The position numbers and the translations under genes are program-made. Positions 12,484 through 23,303 of a DNA stretch of 64,000 nt are shown piece after piece. How positions within the stretch are numbered: the first letter of the stretch is position 1; every line of letters starts with the position of its first letter. The DNA comes from Synechococcus sp. AG-683-C23. Its GTDB lineage: Bacteria; Cyanobacteriota; Cyanobacteriia; PCC-6307; Cyanobiaceae. Under the pieces are notes generated by a model, which worked only from the letters and a program-made list of their open reading frames with translations, searched no databases and had not been told where the DNA came from. The stretch spans positions 4,217-68,216 of the forward strand of contig QCVD01000002.1 in NCBI GenBank assembly GCA_003208835.1, given 5' to 3'.

Positions 12484-13230
12484 ATGCTTGATCAGATCCG
12501 AGCCGATCTCGCCATCATTCGCGAGCGCGACCCGGCTGCTCGTGGGTGGCTGGAGATGCTGTTTTGCTACCCAGGCCTCCACGCCATCAGCCTGCACCGC
12601 TTCAGCCATCGGCTGTGGCGCAGCCGCTTGCCGCTCAAACTCGTCGCACGCTGTGTGAGCCAGGTGGGTCGAGCACTCACCGGCATCGAAATTCATCCCG
12701 GCGCCCGCATTGGCACCAGCGTGTTCATCGACCACGGCATGGGTGTGGTGATCGGAGAAACTGCCGAAATCGGACACCGCTGCTTGCTCTACCAGGGCGT
12801 CACCTTGGGGGGAACCGGCAAAGACCACGGCAAACGGCATCCCACCTTGGGGGAAAACGTTGTGGTGGGGGCAGGAGCCAAAGTACTTGGGGCGATCACC
12901 ATCGGGCCCAACACGCGCATTGGTGCTGGATCTGTGGTGGTACGCGATGTGGAAGAAGACTCCACCGTGGTGGGCATCCCCGGCCGGGTGATCCACCAAA
13001 GCGGCGTAAGGATTAACCCCCTGGCCCATTCAGCCCTCCCCGATGCGGAAGCGAATGTGATCCGCAACTTGATGGAACGCATCGACGAGCTAGAGAACAC
13101 GGTGAACGCACTTCGGAGCTGCCTCGATGACGTAGCGACAGATTGTGCATTGCAAGACGACCGTGGCGGCGAGGCGCAGAGCCTCAAAGATCGTGAAATT
13201 CTGGAATTTCTCGGAGAGAGCAGCGGGTGA
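12484..13230 (+). CDS. cysE: Serine O-acetyltransferase
   Basis: [39 protein letters not shown] hexapeptide region. Confidence 0.98.
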   Translation: MLDQIRADLAIIRERDPAARGWLEMLFCYPGLHAISLHRFSHRLWRSRLPLKLVARCVSQVGRALTGIEIHPGARIGTSVFIDHGMGVVIGETAEIGHRCLLYQGVTLGGTGKDHGKRHPTLGENVVVGAGAKVLGAITIGPNTRIGAGSVVVRDVEEDSTVVGIPGRVIHQSGVRINPLAHSALPDAEANVIRNLMERIDELENTVNALRSCLDDVATDCALQDDRGGEAQSLKDREILEFLGESSG

Positions 13231-14702
13231 GTCTGCCTCTGCTGCGCTGTGCCGCCGTTGTGGCCTGCCGCAATGAAGCCAATCTGCTGAAAGAGCACCT
13301 ACCGGTTTGGATCAGCGAAGGATTGGAGATCGTGGTGATCGATCACAGCTCCACTGACGAAACGAGCAACATCGCCGAAGCTCATCTAGGGGCGGGTGTA
13401 TTAGCGGTAAAACGGATGCCATGGCTAGGGCACTTCAGTCTCGATCAACAGCTAGCGACCAAAGCCGAGGTGATCGAAACACTGGATCAAGACTGGGTGA
13501 TTCACATCGACGCCGATGAATGGCTGCACAGCACCCGCAAGGGTGAAACCCTCCAAGAAGCACTAAGCCGACTGGCCGCCGCTGGCGCCAATGCAGTGAA
13601 TTTCGAGGAGTTTGTGTTTCTACCCATCGGCCCAAACCGATCGGCGGAGCATTACTACTTTTTTGAACCGGCATCCCAGCGGTTGATCCGGGCCTGGGAT
13701 CGCCGCTGCGGCTTCAGCAACCAAGGTCAAGGCGGACACAAACTCAGCAGCAGCAACAACACCCCATTGCATGTGGCCGAGGAATCCTTGGTACTGCGCC
13801 ACCACATCGTGCGCAATCAACGCCAAGCTCGGCACAAATACCTGCAACGCGCGTTTAATCCCCAAGAACTCAAGAAGGGTTGGCATAGCAACAGGCTGCG
13901 ACTCTCTGCCAGGCAGCTCACCTTCCCCGATGTGGCTGAACTTGAGCAGCTCACTCAGCCAACTCAACGGCAACTAAACCGCCGCTGTGCCCACAAAACG
14001 CATTATTGGCACTGGTCTGATGCCACGAAAACAAGGCCATGCCGCAGCGTGGTGTGCCTCTATGGCTGCGCAGCCGATGCCGCTTTACTGGACGATTTTT
14101 ATGGATCAGCCCTCTGGGAGCTGATCCGCCAACGCAGCGACACGCTGCTTATGGAGGTATGGGCCGGCGGTGATACGGCAGATCACTTCGATGGTCGACG
14201 GCTCACCCTGGCTACGACGGAGGCCTACGACCAGCTCAGCCACAAGACCCACCGCATGTTGCGTTGGTGCAGCCGAAAACTCCGCAGCAAACAGCTGATC
14301 AAGCTCGACCTCACCTGCATGCGCTACCACGGCAAGCAACGGATTGATCCAACAGCAGTGGCGACATGGCTAACGGGACGGCTTGAAGAGCCACTGATGA
14401 ACAACAACCATTACGACGGGTTTTTGCACCACGCCATGCCTGTGCAGAAGAACATCCACCAATGGGGCCGCAACAAAGGTGTGGCGGTGGATCCGGCGCA
14501 GGTGTTTGGACTGAATGGCACGGTTCCAGGCTTTTACAGCGGCAAGGCCTATGCCTTGAGCTGCTCTTTGATGCGCTACATCGCCGGCTATGGCGCCCCA
14601 ATGGCCGAGGAACACGCACGCTTTTTACACGGCGCCGAAGACCTGATGGTGGGGCGACTGGCTGAACGCTTTCAAGCCTCTCAATCAGCTCGTAATTCCT
14701 GA
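13227..14702 (+). CDS. Two-domain glycosyltransferase: N-terminal GT2-like, C-terminal GT31 (galactosyltransferase)-like
   Basis: N: RNEA, IDHSSTD, HIDADEW. C: [37 protein letters not shown] overlap with the cysE stop. Confidence 0.72.
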   Translation: MSLPLLRCAAVVACRNEANLLKEHLPVWISEGLEIVVIDHSSTDETSNIAEAHLGAGVLAVKRMPWLGHFSLDQQLATKAEVIETLDQDWVIHIDADEWLHSTRKGETLQEALSRLAAAGANAVNFEEFVFLPIGPNRSAEHYYFFEPASQRLIRAWDRRCGFSNQGQGGHKLSSSNNTPLHVAEESLVLRHHIVRNQRQARHKYLQRAFNPQELKKGWHSNRLRLSARQLTFPDVAELEQLTQPTQRQLNRRCAHKTHYWHWSDATKTRPCRSVVCLYGCAADAALLDDFYGSALWELIRQRSDTLLMEVWAGGDTADHFDGRRLTLATTEAYDQLSHKTHRMLRWCSRKLRSKQLIKLDLTCMRYHGKQRIDPTAVATWLTGRLEEPLMNNNHYDGFLHHAMPVQKNIHQWGRNKGVAVDPAQVFGLNGTVPGFYSGKAYALSCSLMRYIAGYGAPMAEEHARFLHGAEDLMVGRLAERFQASQSARNS

Positions 14703-15053
14703 TCGTTTTTCTTCACACCGATGATCCGACGCGGATAGGGAAAACGCTCCCACCACTCGGGATAGGCATAGCCCGGGTGCAGAGTCCTGGTGGGCGGGTG
14801 CTCAAACATGAAGTGGTTCGTATGGCTTTCGTCGTGCCAGAGAGGCATCACATCGGCTTTTAAATCAGCGCGAATGCGACGGGCCAGCCGTCGGCTCATA
14901 CGCAAAAACTCTGTGTTTTCGCCCCACTGGAAACAATTTTGGAAATAAGTGCTCTGATGCGAGAGCGGAATACCAGGAACGACTCATGGGGCACCTGGAT
15001 GGCTTCCACCCAGGCGTGCGAAAAAGTCTGCGGCTAATCGGTAAACAAATGAA
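14681..15053 (-). pseudogene. GT6 (ABO-type alpha-1,3-glycosyltransferase) remnant A, C-terminal part
   Basis: YFQNCFQWG...WHDESHTNHF...PPTRTLHPGYAYPE matches the GT6 WHDESHxN signature. Upstream FHLFTD*PQTF has a stop and an internal deletion; the 5' end is missing. Confidence 0.8.
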
Positions 15054-15055
15054 AG

Positions 15056-15331
15056 GAAGACTCCACCGTGGTGGGCATCCTCGGTCGGGTGATCAACCAA
15101 AGCGGCGTAAGGGTTAACCCTCTATCCCATTCCGCCCTACCCGATGCGGAAGCGAATGTGATCCTCGACTTGATGGAGCACATCGATGAGCTGGAGAACA
15201 CGGTGAACGCGCTTCGGAGCTGCCTCGATGACCTGGCAGCTGACTGTGCCTTACAAGACGACCGTGGCGTCGAGGGCCAGAGCCACAAAGATCCTGAAAT
15301 TTTCGAATTACGCAGGGAGAGCGGCAGGTAA
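15056..15331 (+). pseudogene. cysE: Duplicated, diverged 3' end of cysE
   Basis: Colinear, gap-free copy of 12955-13230, roughly 85% identical by manual count ([36 protein letters not shown]). Confidence 0.95.
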
Positions 15332-15630
15332 GCTGAATATCAAGACCAAGCCTTGTTCTAAAAAGAGAGAATTTTTCACACTGAATTACATCAACTAAGC
15401 AGAACTATTAGATCTTCAAGCAATCCAAAAATGCCAGGAGTTACAAAAAAATTCGAAGATCGTATTTAGCGTCCCATCTGCCGAAGCAATACATCTGCAG
15501 AGAAATTCACAGGCATCAAGTAGATAGCGGTACATTGAGGGGCAACTCGCCTCAAGATATAGTGCAATTTGCTAGTTGATATTCATATCATGATCGATGC
15601 ATTATATTGGAATTATTTTGAATCACACAG

Positions 15631-16395
15631 TTAATGCAAGAATCGACTTAGCAGCGTTCCTTTTTGGCGAACAGCTTCATTTTTATCGATTCCCTCTCTT
15701 CTCCATGTCTCATTATAGCAATGAAAGAAGAAACAATTCTCATCGAACGCATCGGAATCATCTTGCAAGAGCCTTTGCGGACATTCCCACCAAGGAATTG
15801 GATTAGCAAAAGCCGGAGGCTGAATGACAAAATTATGACGAGGGTAGATGCTAACAATGGCACTTAATAAAGCAGGCCCAATCTCAGACCACTCAATGTC
15901 ATCTTTCGGGAATCTCCTAGAATAAGCCAGTGCTAAATCAATAACATTCCCTCTGGAAGGAACTGGGTTATAAATCACATTTCCGTTAATATATGACTTA
16001 AAAGAGTTTTGCTGTTTGCAGTGCTCGGTGACTAAAAATTGTTTTTTGGGCAGCTCCTCTGCCGGGCGAACCGCAATTACGTCTGTATCCGCATAGAGAC
16101 CACCAAAACGATTAAGAACTTTATATCGAAAAAAATCCGAAAAGCCTGCATATGAACCCAGACGATTTAAAAACAGCTTAGATTCATCAACAACAATATT
16201 TGCATCGCGCAGCTTTGCCCCACGCGGAATCTCTAAACCAGCGTCGTAGCTCCAAACAAATAGTTTATAGTTTTTTTCGACAAATGAATTCATACATAAA
16301 TATTCTAGCTGCGAAATTGAGCCTTTCGCCCAAAACATATGAGCGGAAATCTTTTGATTTTTCGAATCCAATGCAACAGCTTTATTGTCTTCCAT
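15631..16395 (-). CDS. GT32-like DXD glycosyltransferase (alpha-1,4-glycosyltransferase / capsular polysaccharide synthesis type)
   Basis: FSDFFRYKVL, GGLYADTDV, IGPALL, FHCYNE motifs; AT-rich. Confidence 0.8.
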   Translation of the reverse strand: MEDNKAVALDSKNQKISAHMFWAKGSISQLEYLCMNSFVEKNYKLFVWSYDAGLEIPRGAKLRDANIVVDESKLFLNRLGSYAGFSDFFRYKVLNRFGGLYADTDVIAVRPAEELPKKQFLVTEHCKQQNSFKSYINGNVIYNPVPSRGNVIDLALAYSRRFPKDDIEWSEIGPALLSAIVSIYPRHNFVIQPPAFANPIPWWECPQRLLQDDSDAFDENCFFFHCYNETWRREGIDKNEAVRQKGTLLSRFLH

Positions 16396-16717
16396 GAGAG
16401 CGCGGCAATTTCAAGAGCCCAATACATATAACTATAGCATTAATTCTACCATTCAAAAATAATGATTACTGGCAGTCAATCCAACCAAGCCCTGCGAATG
16501 GCATAATATGTTCACTGTTGACATTTATGGCTAAAATTTAGGGCCGCAAATAATTGTCTAGCGCCTGGCAAAAATTTAGTTCTCCTCGTAAAATTCTCAT
16601 TTACGTCATCAACCAGTTGTGAAAAAATAATCTGCATTGCAACTCAGCCAGCTAGTGACTTGAACATCGCCGCCGAAAACACTTCGGAAGATGGCAGCTA
16701 CCCCCCTGCGATGTTTG

Positions 16718-17062
16718 ATCACATCGGCTCGCAGATCAGCGGGAATGCGCCGGGCCAGCCATCGGCTCATCCACAAAACGCTGTGCTTTCACCCCCCTGG
16801 CAACAATTTTGGTAGGAAGGGGCTTGACGCGAGAGCGGAATCTGAACGTGTCAGTCGGGATTGCGATCAAAGGGGCAATCGGCTGATGGGGCACCTGGAT
16901 AGTTTCCATGCAGGCGTGCGAAAACGTCTGCGGCTGATTGGTAAACAAAAAGAAGCGCGATGACAAGGCGCCGCGATAATTTGCGCTGATCGATTCCAAA
17001 CATCGCAAGGCAAAAGCGCGGTAGCGATTGGTGCCGATCACTAACCAGCCGATGGTGGTCAC
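16718..17062 (-). pseudogene. GT6 remnant B, N-terminal part
   Basis: TIGWLVIGTNRY...FFLFTNQP resembles GT6 N-termini. 16718-16949 is a diverged direct repeat of 14847-15049. It is frameshifted and truncated before WHDE. Confidence 0.78.
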
Positions 17063-17074
17063 AAAAGCCTCCTG

Positions 17075-19891
17075 TTAGGCCTGCGTTTGAGACGGCGTTG
17101 CTGGCTGGAACATGAACATCGAATAGATCACGTTGCGGCGCATGTTGGTCATCATTTCCAAGAACATGTCGTAGCCCTCATTTTTGTATTCAATCAAGGG
17201 ATCCTTCTGGCCATAACCTCGCAGACCCACTGATTCGCGCAAGGCATCCATCGCTTGGAGATGCTCACGCCAGAGGGTATCAATCTGCTGGAGGATGAAA
17301 AAGCGCTCGGCTTCCCGCATTAAGCCAGGGCGTTGCTGCTCAATTTGACCCTCTTTGAGATCGTAGGCATTTCGCAATTGCTCCTGTAAAAAGGCCTTAA
17401 GTTCCTCCATCCCCAAGCCTTGAATTTGATCGGGAGTGAGATCTTCGAGGAGATATATAAATTCCTTCACTTTGCCTACCAATTGAGCCAGGTCCCACTC
17501 CTCTGGTGGGAGATCCGGGTTCACATAGGCCTCCACGATTTCCCCCATAGTGCGTTCGCCGTAGCCGATTACCTGCTTTTTAAGGGCACGACCATCGAGC
17601 ACACGGCGGCGTTCGGAGTAGACGGCGCGGCGTTGATTGTTCATCACCTCGTCGTACTCAAACACCTGCTTGCGAATGTCGTAGTAATAGGTTTCCACCT
17701 TTTTCTGAGCCCCCTCGAGGGAACGGGTGAGCATGCCGGATTCAATCGGCATGTCTTCTTCCACCCGGAAGGCATTCATCAGGCCGGCGACCCGATCGCC
17801 GCCAAAGATGCGGAGGAGGTTGTCGCCGAGTGAGAGGAAAAAGCGGGTGGAGCCTGGGTCGCCCTGGCGACCGGCACGGCCGCGCAACTGGTTATCTACC
17901 CGGCGAGATTCATGCCGTTCGGTACCGATCACGTGCAGGCCGCCAGCGTCTCGCACTCGGCTTTCCTCCTGTTTCACCACCGCTTCGTACTCACCCCGCA
18001 CCGCTGCAATCGCCTCACGCAAGGCCTGAATTTGAAGATCGTCGGTGGGAGCCTTCTCCGCGGCGGTAGCGATGCTCTCCTCCAACTCGATCACGGTGAG
18101 GGCACGATCACCCCAGGCCTTCACCAAATCGCGAGCCAGTTGCGCGAGCCGTTGATCGGTGGGATCGGACAGTTGGCAGGGATAGAGGCTGTCGAGCCTT
18201 CGCAGAGTGGGAGCTTTCGCTGGTAGTTCAGAGAAGCCATCGGCGGCATCCCGCGCCGGGAGAATAGGAGCTTGCGGGCTGTCTTCGGGTTTGACAAGCC
18301 GCGTCAGCAACACTTCTCGCAGCTTGAGCCGGGCCATGTAGTCGCTGTTACCTCCAAGAATAATGTCGGTGCCTCGGCCAGCCATATTGGTAGCAATGGT
18401 GACGGCACCGGCGCGGCCAGCTTGGGCGACGATCTCTGATTCACGCTCCACATTTTCTGGCTTGGCGTTCAGCAGGTTGTGTGGCACGTTTTGTTCGGCG
18501 AGCAAGCTGCTAAGTAGCTCACTTTTTTCCACTGAGGTGGTGCCCACCAGCACCGGTCTGCCCTGCTTGTGGATGTCGGCGGTTTCACCAGCAACGGCTC
18601 GCCATTTGGCTACTTCCGTTTTGTAGACCTGATCGGACCAATCCTGACGCGCACGCACGCGGTTAGTGGGGACGATGGTGGTTTGGAGCTTGTAGGTTTT
18701 TTCGAACTCAACCTCTTCTGTTTTCGCCGTACCGGTCATCCCGGCCAAACGGGGATATAGGAGAAAGAAGTTCTGATAAGTGATCGAGGCGAGGGTCTGG
18801 GTTTCGGGTTGGATCTGGAGCTCCTCTTTCGCTTCGATCGCCTGGTGCTGCCCATCGCTCCAACGGCGCCCCGGCATCACCCGACCGGTGAACTCATCCA
18901 CAATCACCGCATCACCGTCACGAACGATGTAATTCACATCCTTCACAAACAGCTCTTTGGCCTTGAGGGCATTGGTGATGTAGTGGGCCCAGGGATCTTG
19001 GGGATTGAATAAATCTTCCACAGCCAAAGCCTGCTCCGCTTTAGCAAAGCCTTCATCGGTGAGGGTGCAGCTGCGCTGCTTTTCATCCACCTCATAATCC
19101 CCTTCCGGATCAATGCCGTCTTTGCCCAATTCGGCGGAGCGTTCGAGGCTTGCCACCAATTGAGCGGCCTGCTGATACTTCTCCTGGGCCCGCTCCACTT
19201 GGCCAGAAATAATTAGTGGGGTGCGGGCTTCATCGATCAGGATCGAATCCACCTCATCGATCACACAGAACTGGAACTCGCGCTGCACCACCTCTGCGAT
19301 ATCGGCGGCCATGTTGTCCCGCAGATAATCAAAACCCAACTCAGAGTTGGTGGCGTAGGTGATGTCGCAGGCGTAATTGCGACGGCGCTCCTCGGGTCGC
19401 ATGTCTTGTTGAATCAAGCCCACCGATAAGCCAAGAAAGCGATGCACTTGGCCCATCCACTCGGCATCGCGGCGGGCGAGGTAATCGTTCACCGTCACCA
19501 CGTGAACCCCACGCCCTGTAAGGGCATTGAGATAACTGGGCAACGTGGCAACGAGGGTTTTGCCCTCGCCAGTTTTCATCTCAGCGATCTGCCCTTCGTG
19601 CAGCACCATGCCGCCTATCAGCTGCACATCAAAGTGGCGCATGCCGAGCACGCGCTTACCAGCTTCCCTAACCACAGCAAAGGCTTCGGGCAACAGCTCA
19701 TCTAATAATGGCCGCTGATTTTCGAGCGAACCGGCGTTGTCGAGGCGCTGTCGAAATTCAGCCGTGCGCCGACGAAGATCGTCATCGCTCAACGGAACGA
19801 TCTCGTCTTCTAATAACTGAATATCAGAGACGATCGGCTGGTACCGCTTCAGCTTGCGGGCATTCGGATCACCCAGCAGGAGCTTGAGCAT
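17075..19891 (-). CDS. secA: Preprotein translocase ATPase SecA
   Basis: [49 protein letters not shown]. Confidence 0.99.
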   Translation of the reverse strand: MLKLLLGDPNARKLKRYQPIVSDIQLLEDEIVPLSDDDLRRRTAEFRQRLDNAGSLENQRPLLDELLPEAFAVVREAGKRVLGMRHFDVQLIGGMVLHEGQIAEMKTGEGKTLVATLPSYLNALTGRGVHVVTVNDYLARRDAEWMGQVHRFLGLSVGLIQQDMRPEERRRNYACDITYATNSELGFDYLRDNMAADIAEVVQREFQFCVIDEVDSILIDEARTPLIISGQVERAQEKYQQAAQLVASLERSAELGKDGIDPEGDYEVDEKQRSCTLTDEGFAKAEQALAVEDLFNPQDPWAHYITNALKAKELFVKDVNYIVRDGDAVIVDEFTGRVMPGRRWSDGQHQAIEAKEELQIQPETQTLASITYQNFFLLYPRLAGMTGTAKTEEVEFEKTYKLQTTIVPTNRVRARQDWSDQVYKTEVAKWRAVAGETADIHKQGRPVLVGTTSVEKSELLSSLLAEQNVPHNLLNAKPENVERESEIVAQAGRAGAVTIATNMAGRGTDIILGGNSDYMARLKLREVLLTRLVKPEDSPQAPILPARDAADGFSELPAKAPTLRRLDSLYPCQLSDPTDQRLAQLARDLVKAWGDRALTVIELEESIATAAEKAPTDDLQIQALREAIAAVRGEYEAVVKQEESRVRDAGGLHVIGTERHESRRVDNQLRGRAGRQGDPGSTRFFLSLGDNLLRIFGGDRVAGLMNAFRVEEDMPIESGMLTRSLEGAQKKVETYYYDIRKQVFEYDEVMNNQRRAVYSERRRVLDGRALKKQVIGYGERTMGEIVEAYVNPDLPPEEWDLAQLVGKVKEFIYLLEDLTPDQIQGLGMEELKAFLQEQLRNAYDLKEGQIEQQRPGLMREAERFFILQQIDTLWREHLQAMDALRESVGLRGYGQKDPLIEYKNEGYDMFLEMMTNMRRNVIYSMFMFQPATPSQTQA

Positions 19892-20220
19892 GGTTAGGGC
19901 TGCAGCCACAACAGTCCGGCAGCCTACTGAGGCGGATCACTAAAAAAGGCGCCTGCAAGCGACTGCAATCGCAGAGCCAACTCCTCGGGATCAAAAATGA
20001 ACGAAATTTGCATGTCGTGTGGAATCTGACTGGGGTCGAGATCAGAATCTTGCAGCGCTAACAGCGGCAGGTGATGGCAATGAAGCTGCTGGCGTTTGAA
20101 CTGCATGCCGAAATTCATATTGGACCCATCTGCTGTGAGCTTCATCAACGCCCGCAAATCACCTAATCAAAGGTTTTCGGAATTCGGTGTCAACATGACA
20201 GCCAATCCTTAAAAACGAGC

Positions 20221-21804
20221 ATGGCTCAGGGCTGTCAGAAACGCTGCCTGCTCGTGTTGGGAATGCACAACAGCGGCACAAGCCTATTGAGCAACCTGAT
20301 GCACGGAGCTGGCATTCCACTAGGAGCAAATTTACTGTTGCGCGACCGCATGCCTGAGAGGCGACGACCGCGATACGACTATTACGAGGACGCAGACATC
20401 GTGCGCCTTCAGGATGAAACGCTGCTGGATCTGCAACGGCACTGGAGCAGCTATCGCGCTGCCTGGCCACTTCCTCCCGCTTACCACCCAAGCCGCGAAA
20501 TCTTCCGGCAAAAACTTCAGCGTCTTATTCCAGAGCGGCTGATGCACAACTCGCTCTGGTTGGTGAAGGACCCGCGCAGCGCAATCCTGATCGAAGACTG
20601 GCTGCTGGTTCTCCGGCAGCTTGATGTGGAGCCGCGCTTGCTCCTGGTTCACCGCGACCCAACGAGCAACATCCGTTCCTTCAACAGGAAAGGCAAAGTA
20701 CCCCCGCTCTGGGCAGAAGCCTTGTGGCAACGCACCTACCAGCAGGCACTCCTGGCGATCCGCACTCTGCCGGACGAGTGCTGGGCCATCACCCGCTTCG
20801 AGGATCTACTGCAGCAACCGCAGGCATCTGTATTGGAGCTCTGCGAATGGCTCCAGCACCCAATCAACGCAAAGCAACGCGATCAGCTCGCGGCACGCGT
20901 GGATCAGGCCCTTCCCGCCTTCCCCCCCGCCCCCGGATCCGATCAGGAGGATGGGAAGGGTCTGATGCATCCAGCCACCAGGGCGTTCACAGAGCAGCTG
21001 CAATTGCAATGCTGCAGCGCACCGCCCAATGCCCTGCTGGCCGATGAACTTCAGGAGGCCCTCGCCGACGGCGGGACTCCGTTGGAGCTGAACCGGATCC
21101 ACACGGAGGGCCAGACCCTGCTGCCGAAAGCGACGGTAACGATCGTGAGCAATGAACTCCAGGGAGGGGGTCCAGAGGGCAGTATTGGTTTGGAATCCCG
21201 CGCGCTGGGGACCGTGCTGGCCTCCGCAGGGCATCGCGTGACCATGCTTGTGATCAGCGGACCTTCTCCGATCAAGGCTCCTGAGCTTCCCAGCATCCAA
21301 TTGCGTCATCTACATGGCAGCGACTGCAACCGCCAGGAGCTCCTGCGACGTGTGGCCACCTTCCTCAAAGACCATCCCTGCGATGTGGTGCATCTGCATG
21401 ACTGGCCCGGACTAGCGGGCGGCTTGCGAAAGGCCCTTCAACCTCACCCACCGCAGCTGATCGTGGGCTTGAGCCATGCGGGCAAAGAGAGAGCACTAGA
21501 GCATGACGGCCTGCAGCAGGCCGACTGGTTGATCTCACCCTCGCAAGCCATGGCGACCTGGGCGGAGCAGCATCTGCTTGACGGCCAGCGGCCCGAGCAC
21601 CTCGTGGTGAATCAAAGCTGCCAATTACCACAGCAACTGGGGCCTACAGAGAGCTGGCACATCGAGCTGAGTTGGCAGGCGTTTCATGAGCGACTACCGC
21701 GGCGGTCTTCAGACCTTGATGGGGAAGCCAAGGCAAAGGCAGGGACTGAAGACTCAGCAGATTCAGCCTGGCGAAAGCTGCTGAACCGGATCCGAGGAAG
21801 ATGA
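20221..21804 (+). CDS. Sulfotransferase-like domain fused to a partial GT4-like N-terminal domain
   Basis: LVLGMHNSGTSLL (PAPS-loop-like), KDPR, HRDP; then IVSNEL...GHRVTML, DVVHLHDW, ADWLISPS. No nucleotide-sugar-binding C-terminal domain visible. Confidence 0.65.
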   Translation: MAQGCQKRCLLVLGMHNSGTSLLSNLMHGAGIPLGANLLLRDRMPERRRPRYDYYEDADIVRLQDETLLDLQRHWSSYRAAWPLPPAYHPSREIFRQKLQRLIPERLMHNSLWLVKDPRSAILIEDWLLVLRQLDVEPRLLLVHRDPTSNIRSFNRKGKVPPLWAEALWQRTYQQALLAIRTLPDECWAITRFEDLLQQPQASVLELCEWLQHPINAKQRDQLAARVDQALPAFPPAPGSDQEDGKGLMHPATRAFTEQLQLQCCSAPPNALLADELQEALADGGTPLELNRIHTEGQTLLPKATVTIVSNELQGGGPEGSIGLESRALGTVLASAGHRVTMLVISGPSPIKAPELPSIQLRHLHGSDCNRQELLRRVATFLKDHPCDVVHLHDWPGLAGGLRKALQPHPPQLIVGLSHAGKERALEHDGLQQADWLISPSQAMATWAEQHLLDGQRPEHLVVNQSCQLPQQLGPTESWHIELSWQAFHERLPRRSSDLDGEAKAKAGTEDSADSAWRKLLNRIRGR

Positions 21805-22622
21805 TGCAGACACGGTTCGAAGCGTCCCTGCGGCGCCAACTACGGCAGGTCCGGGGCCAACTAGGGCTTCGAGAAGCACAAGCGCGACCGCACTTCCTCG
21901 GCGTAGGAACCCAGAAGGGCGGAACATCCACGTTGTGTCAACTTCTCAGGAGGCACCCGGAAATATTTATTCCAAAGGTAAAAGAAGTTCACTTCTTCAC
22001 CAAGTTTTATGACCGGGGTGAGGCCTGGTACAGCGAAAAGTTTGCGAATGCTCCAGCCGGCCATCTTCGCGGAGAAATCACGCCCTATTACCTCTTCCAT
22101 GCGGCTGTGCCAGAGAGGATTCGGGCCCTTCGGGTCAACATGAAGATCGTGGTGTTGCTGCGCCATCCCGTGGAGCGCGCCCTTTCGCAGTATTACCACT
22201 CCTGCCGATGGAAGCTGGAGACACTGCCCTTAGAGGCAGCCCTAGCCGCTGAAGAGGAACGTCTTGAGGGGGCACTGGAGGTGATCAGGTCGCCCGGCGC
22301 AAATCACCTCAGCTACCAAGAACACAGCTACATAGCCCGCAGCCGATACGAGGAACAACTACCCCGCTATTTCGAGCTCTTCGGACGTGATCGTGTGCTG
22401 GTATTACGGAGCGAAGATCTCTTCTGTGGAAATCGGAGCATGCTCAACCAGCTAGAGCGGTTTTTGTGTATTGCGCCGTTTCCACTGGAGACATCAATCC
22501 CACGGGCCAATTCAGGCCTGGGTGAAGCACGTAACGTGCCGAGCCAGGTGCGCTGCAAACTTGAGAAAGAACTTGCCCCGACCTTCAACTGGCTGGAAAC
22601 AGAGCTGGGGCTGCGATGGTGA
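21801..22622 (+). CDS. PAPS-dependent sulfotransferase (Sulfotransfer_1, heparan-sulfotransferase-like)
   Basis: GVGTQKGGTS 5'-PSB loop, KEVHFF, GEITPYY, LLRHPVERALS 3'-PB motif. Confidence 0.92.
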   Translation: MMQTRFEASLRRQLRQVRGQLGLREAQARPHFLGVGTQKGGTSTLCQLLRRHPEIFIPKVKEVHFFTKFYDRGEAWYSEKFANAPAGHLRGEITPYYLFHAAVPERIRALRVNMKIVVLLRHPVERALSQYYHSCRWKLETLPLEAALAAEEERLEGALEVIRSPGANHLSYQEHSYIARSRYEEQLPRYFELFGRDRVLVLRSEDLFCGNRSMLNQLERFLCIAPFPLETSIPRANSGLGEARNVPSQVRCKLEKELAPTFNWLETELGLRW

Positions 22623-22924
22623 ACTCTGTAGCGATGGATCAATTACGCCAGTGACTCTTGTGATCTGAAGGCTGCTAATGGAGCAGGAGTGGCCGAACTG
22701 AAGGGAAGGGAGAGAAACAACAATGCGTAAAGCGGTCGCTCAGGAAAGAAGTTCCTCTAGATCACTTGGCGGACTGAAGCTACGTGCATTCTGAAGTGAT
22801 CATTTACGGCGCGAGCTCTAGTAAATGAAACGTCAGTCAGAATCAACAGACCTAAGTAGCTACGGGTGACATAGCTATTTAAAAAACCTGCCCAATCTCC
22901 CAGGCTAAGGATCAGAACTGAACA

Positions 22925-22996
22925 AGCGGATGAAGAGATTCGAACTCTCGACCCTCTCCTTGGCAAGGAGATGCTCTACCACTGAGCTACATCCGC
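22925..22996 (-). tRNA. tRNA-Gly(GCC)
   Basis: GCGGATGTAGCTCAGTGGTAGAGCATCTCCTTGCCAAGGAGAGGGTCGAGAGTTCGAATCTCTTCATCCGCT folds as a cloverleaf with a GCC anticodon; CCA not encoded. Confidence 0.98.
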
Positions 22997-23033
22997 GAAT
23001 GCCCTAGCGTTAAGCCAACGCTTCAGCAATAAA

Positions 23034-23063
23034 ATCATGCAACATCATGGGCCATTCGGTCAA
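23034..23063 (-). promoter_or_regulatory. Putative sigma70-type promoter of tRNA-Gly
   Basis: TTGACC-N18-CATGAT on the minus strand, about 40 nt upstream of the tRNA. Confidence 0.35.
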
Positions 23064-23303
23064 CCAATAGAGATTCAAATTTGCATAAGTCAAATAAGAA
23101 GTGCTATCAGCCTTGAAGTTGTTGAAAGGAAGGCCAAACGGGAGTCTCACTATCAGTGAAATCTCAATTCGAACAAAAGTAGCGACGACGCAAACCGTGG
23201 CAGCGCAGTGGGTTTCACCCAGTCAGCAATCCGTCACAACTATTGACTCCACCGCTGGTGGGCCCTTACCATCCGCCCGTGCCTCTTCCTGTTTGAAAAT
23301 CTC

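Noticed and set aside
22623-22924. Short inverted repeats downstream of tRNA-Gly (CATTTAC...GTAAATG; TAGCTA twice) as an ncRNA
   Set aside because: Stems of 6-7 bp are expected by chance, and there is no other support.
19900-22996. tRNA-Gly as the attB site of an integrative element
   Set aside because: I found no duplicated tRNA 3' end by eye and there is no integrase in the window.
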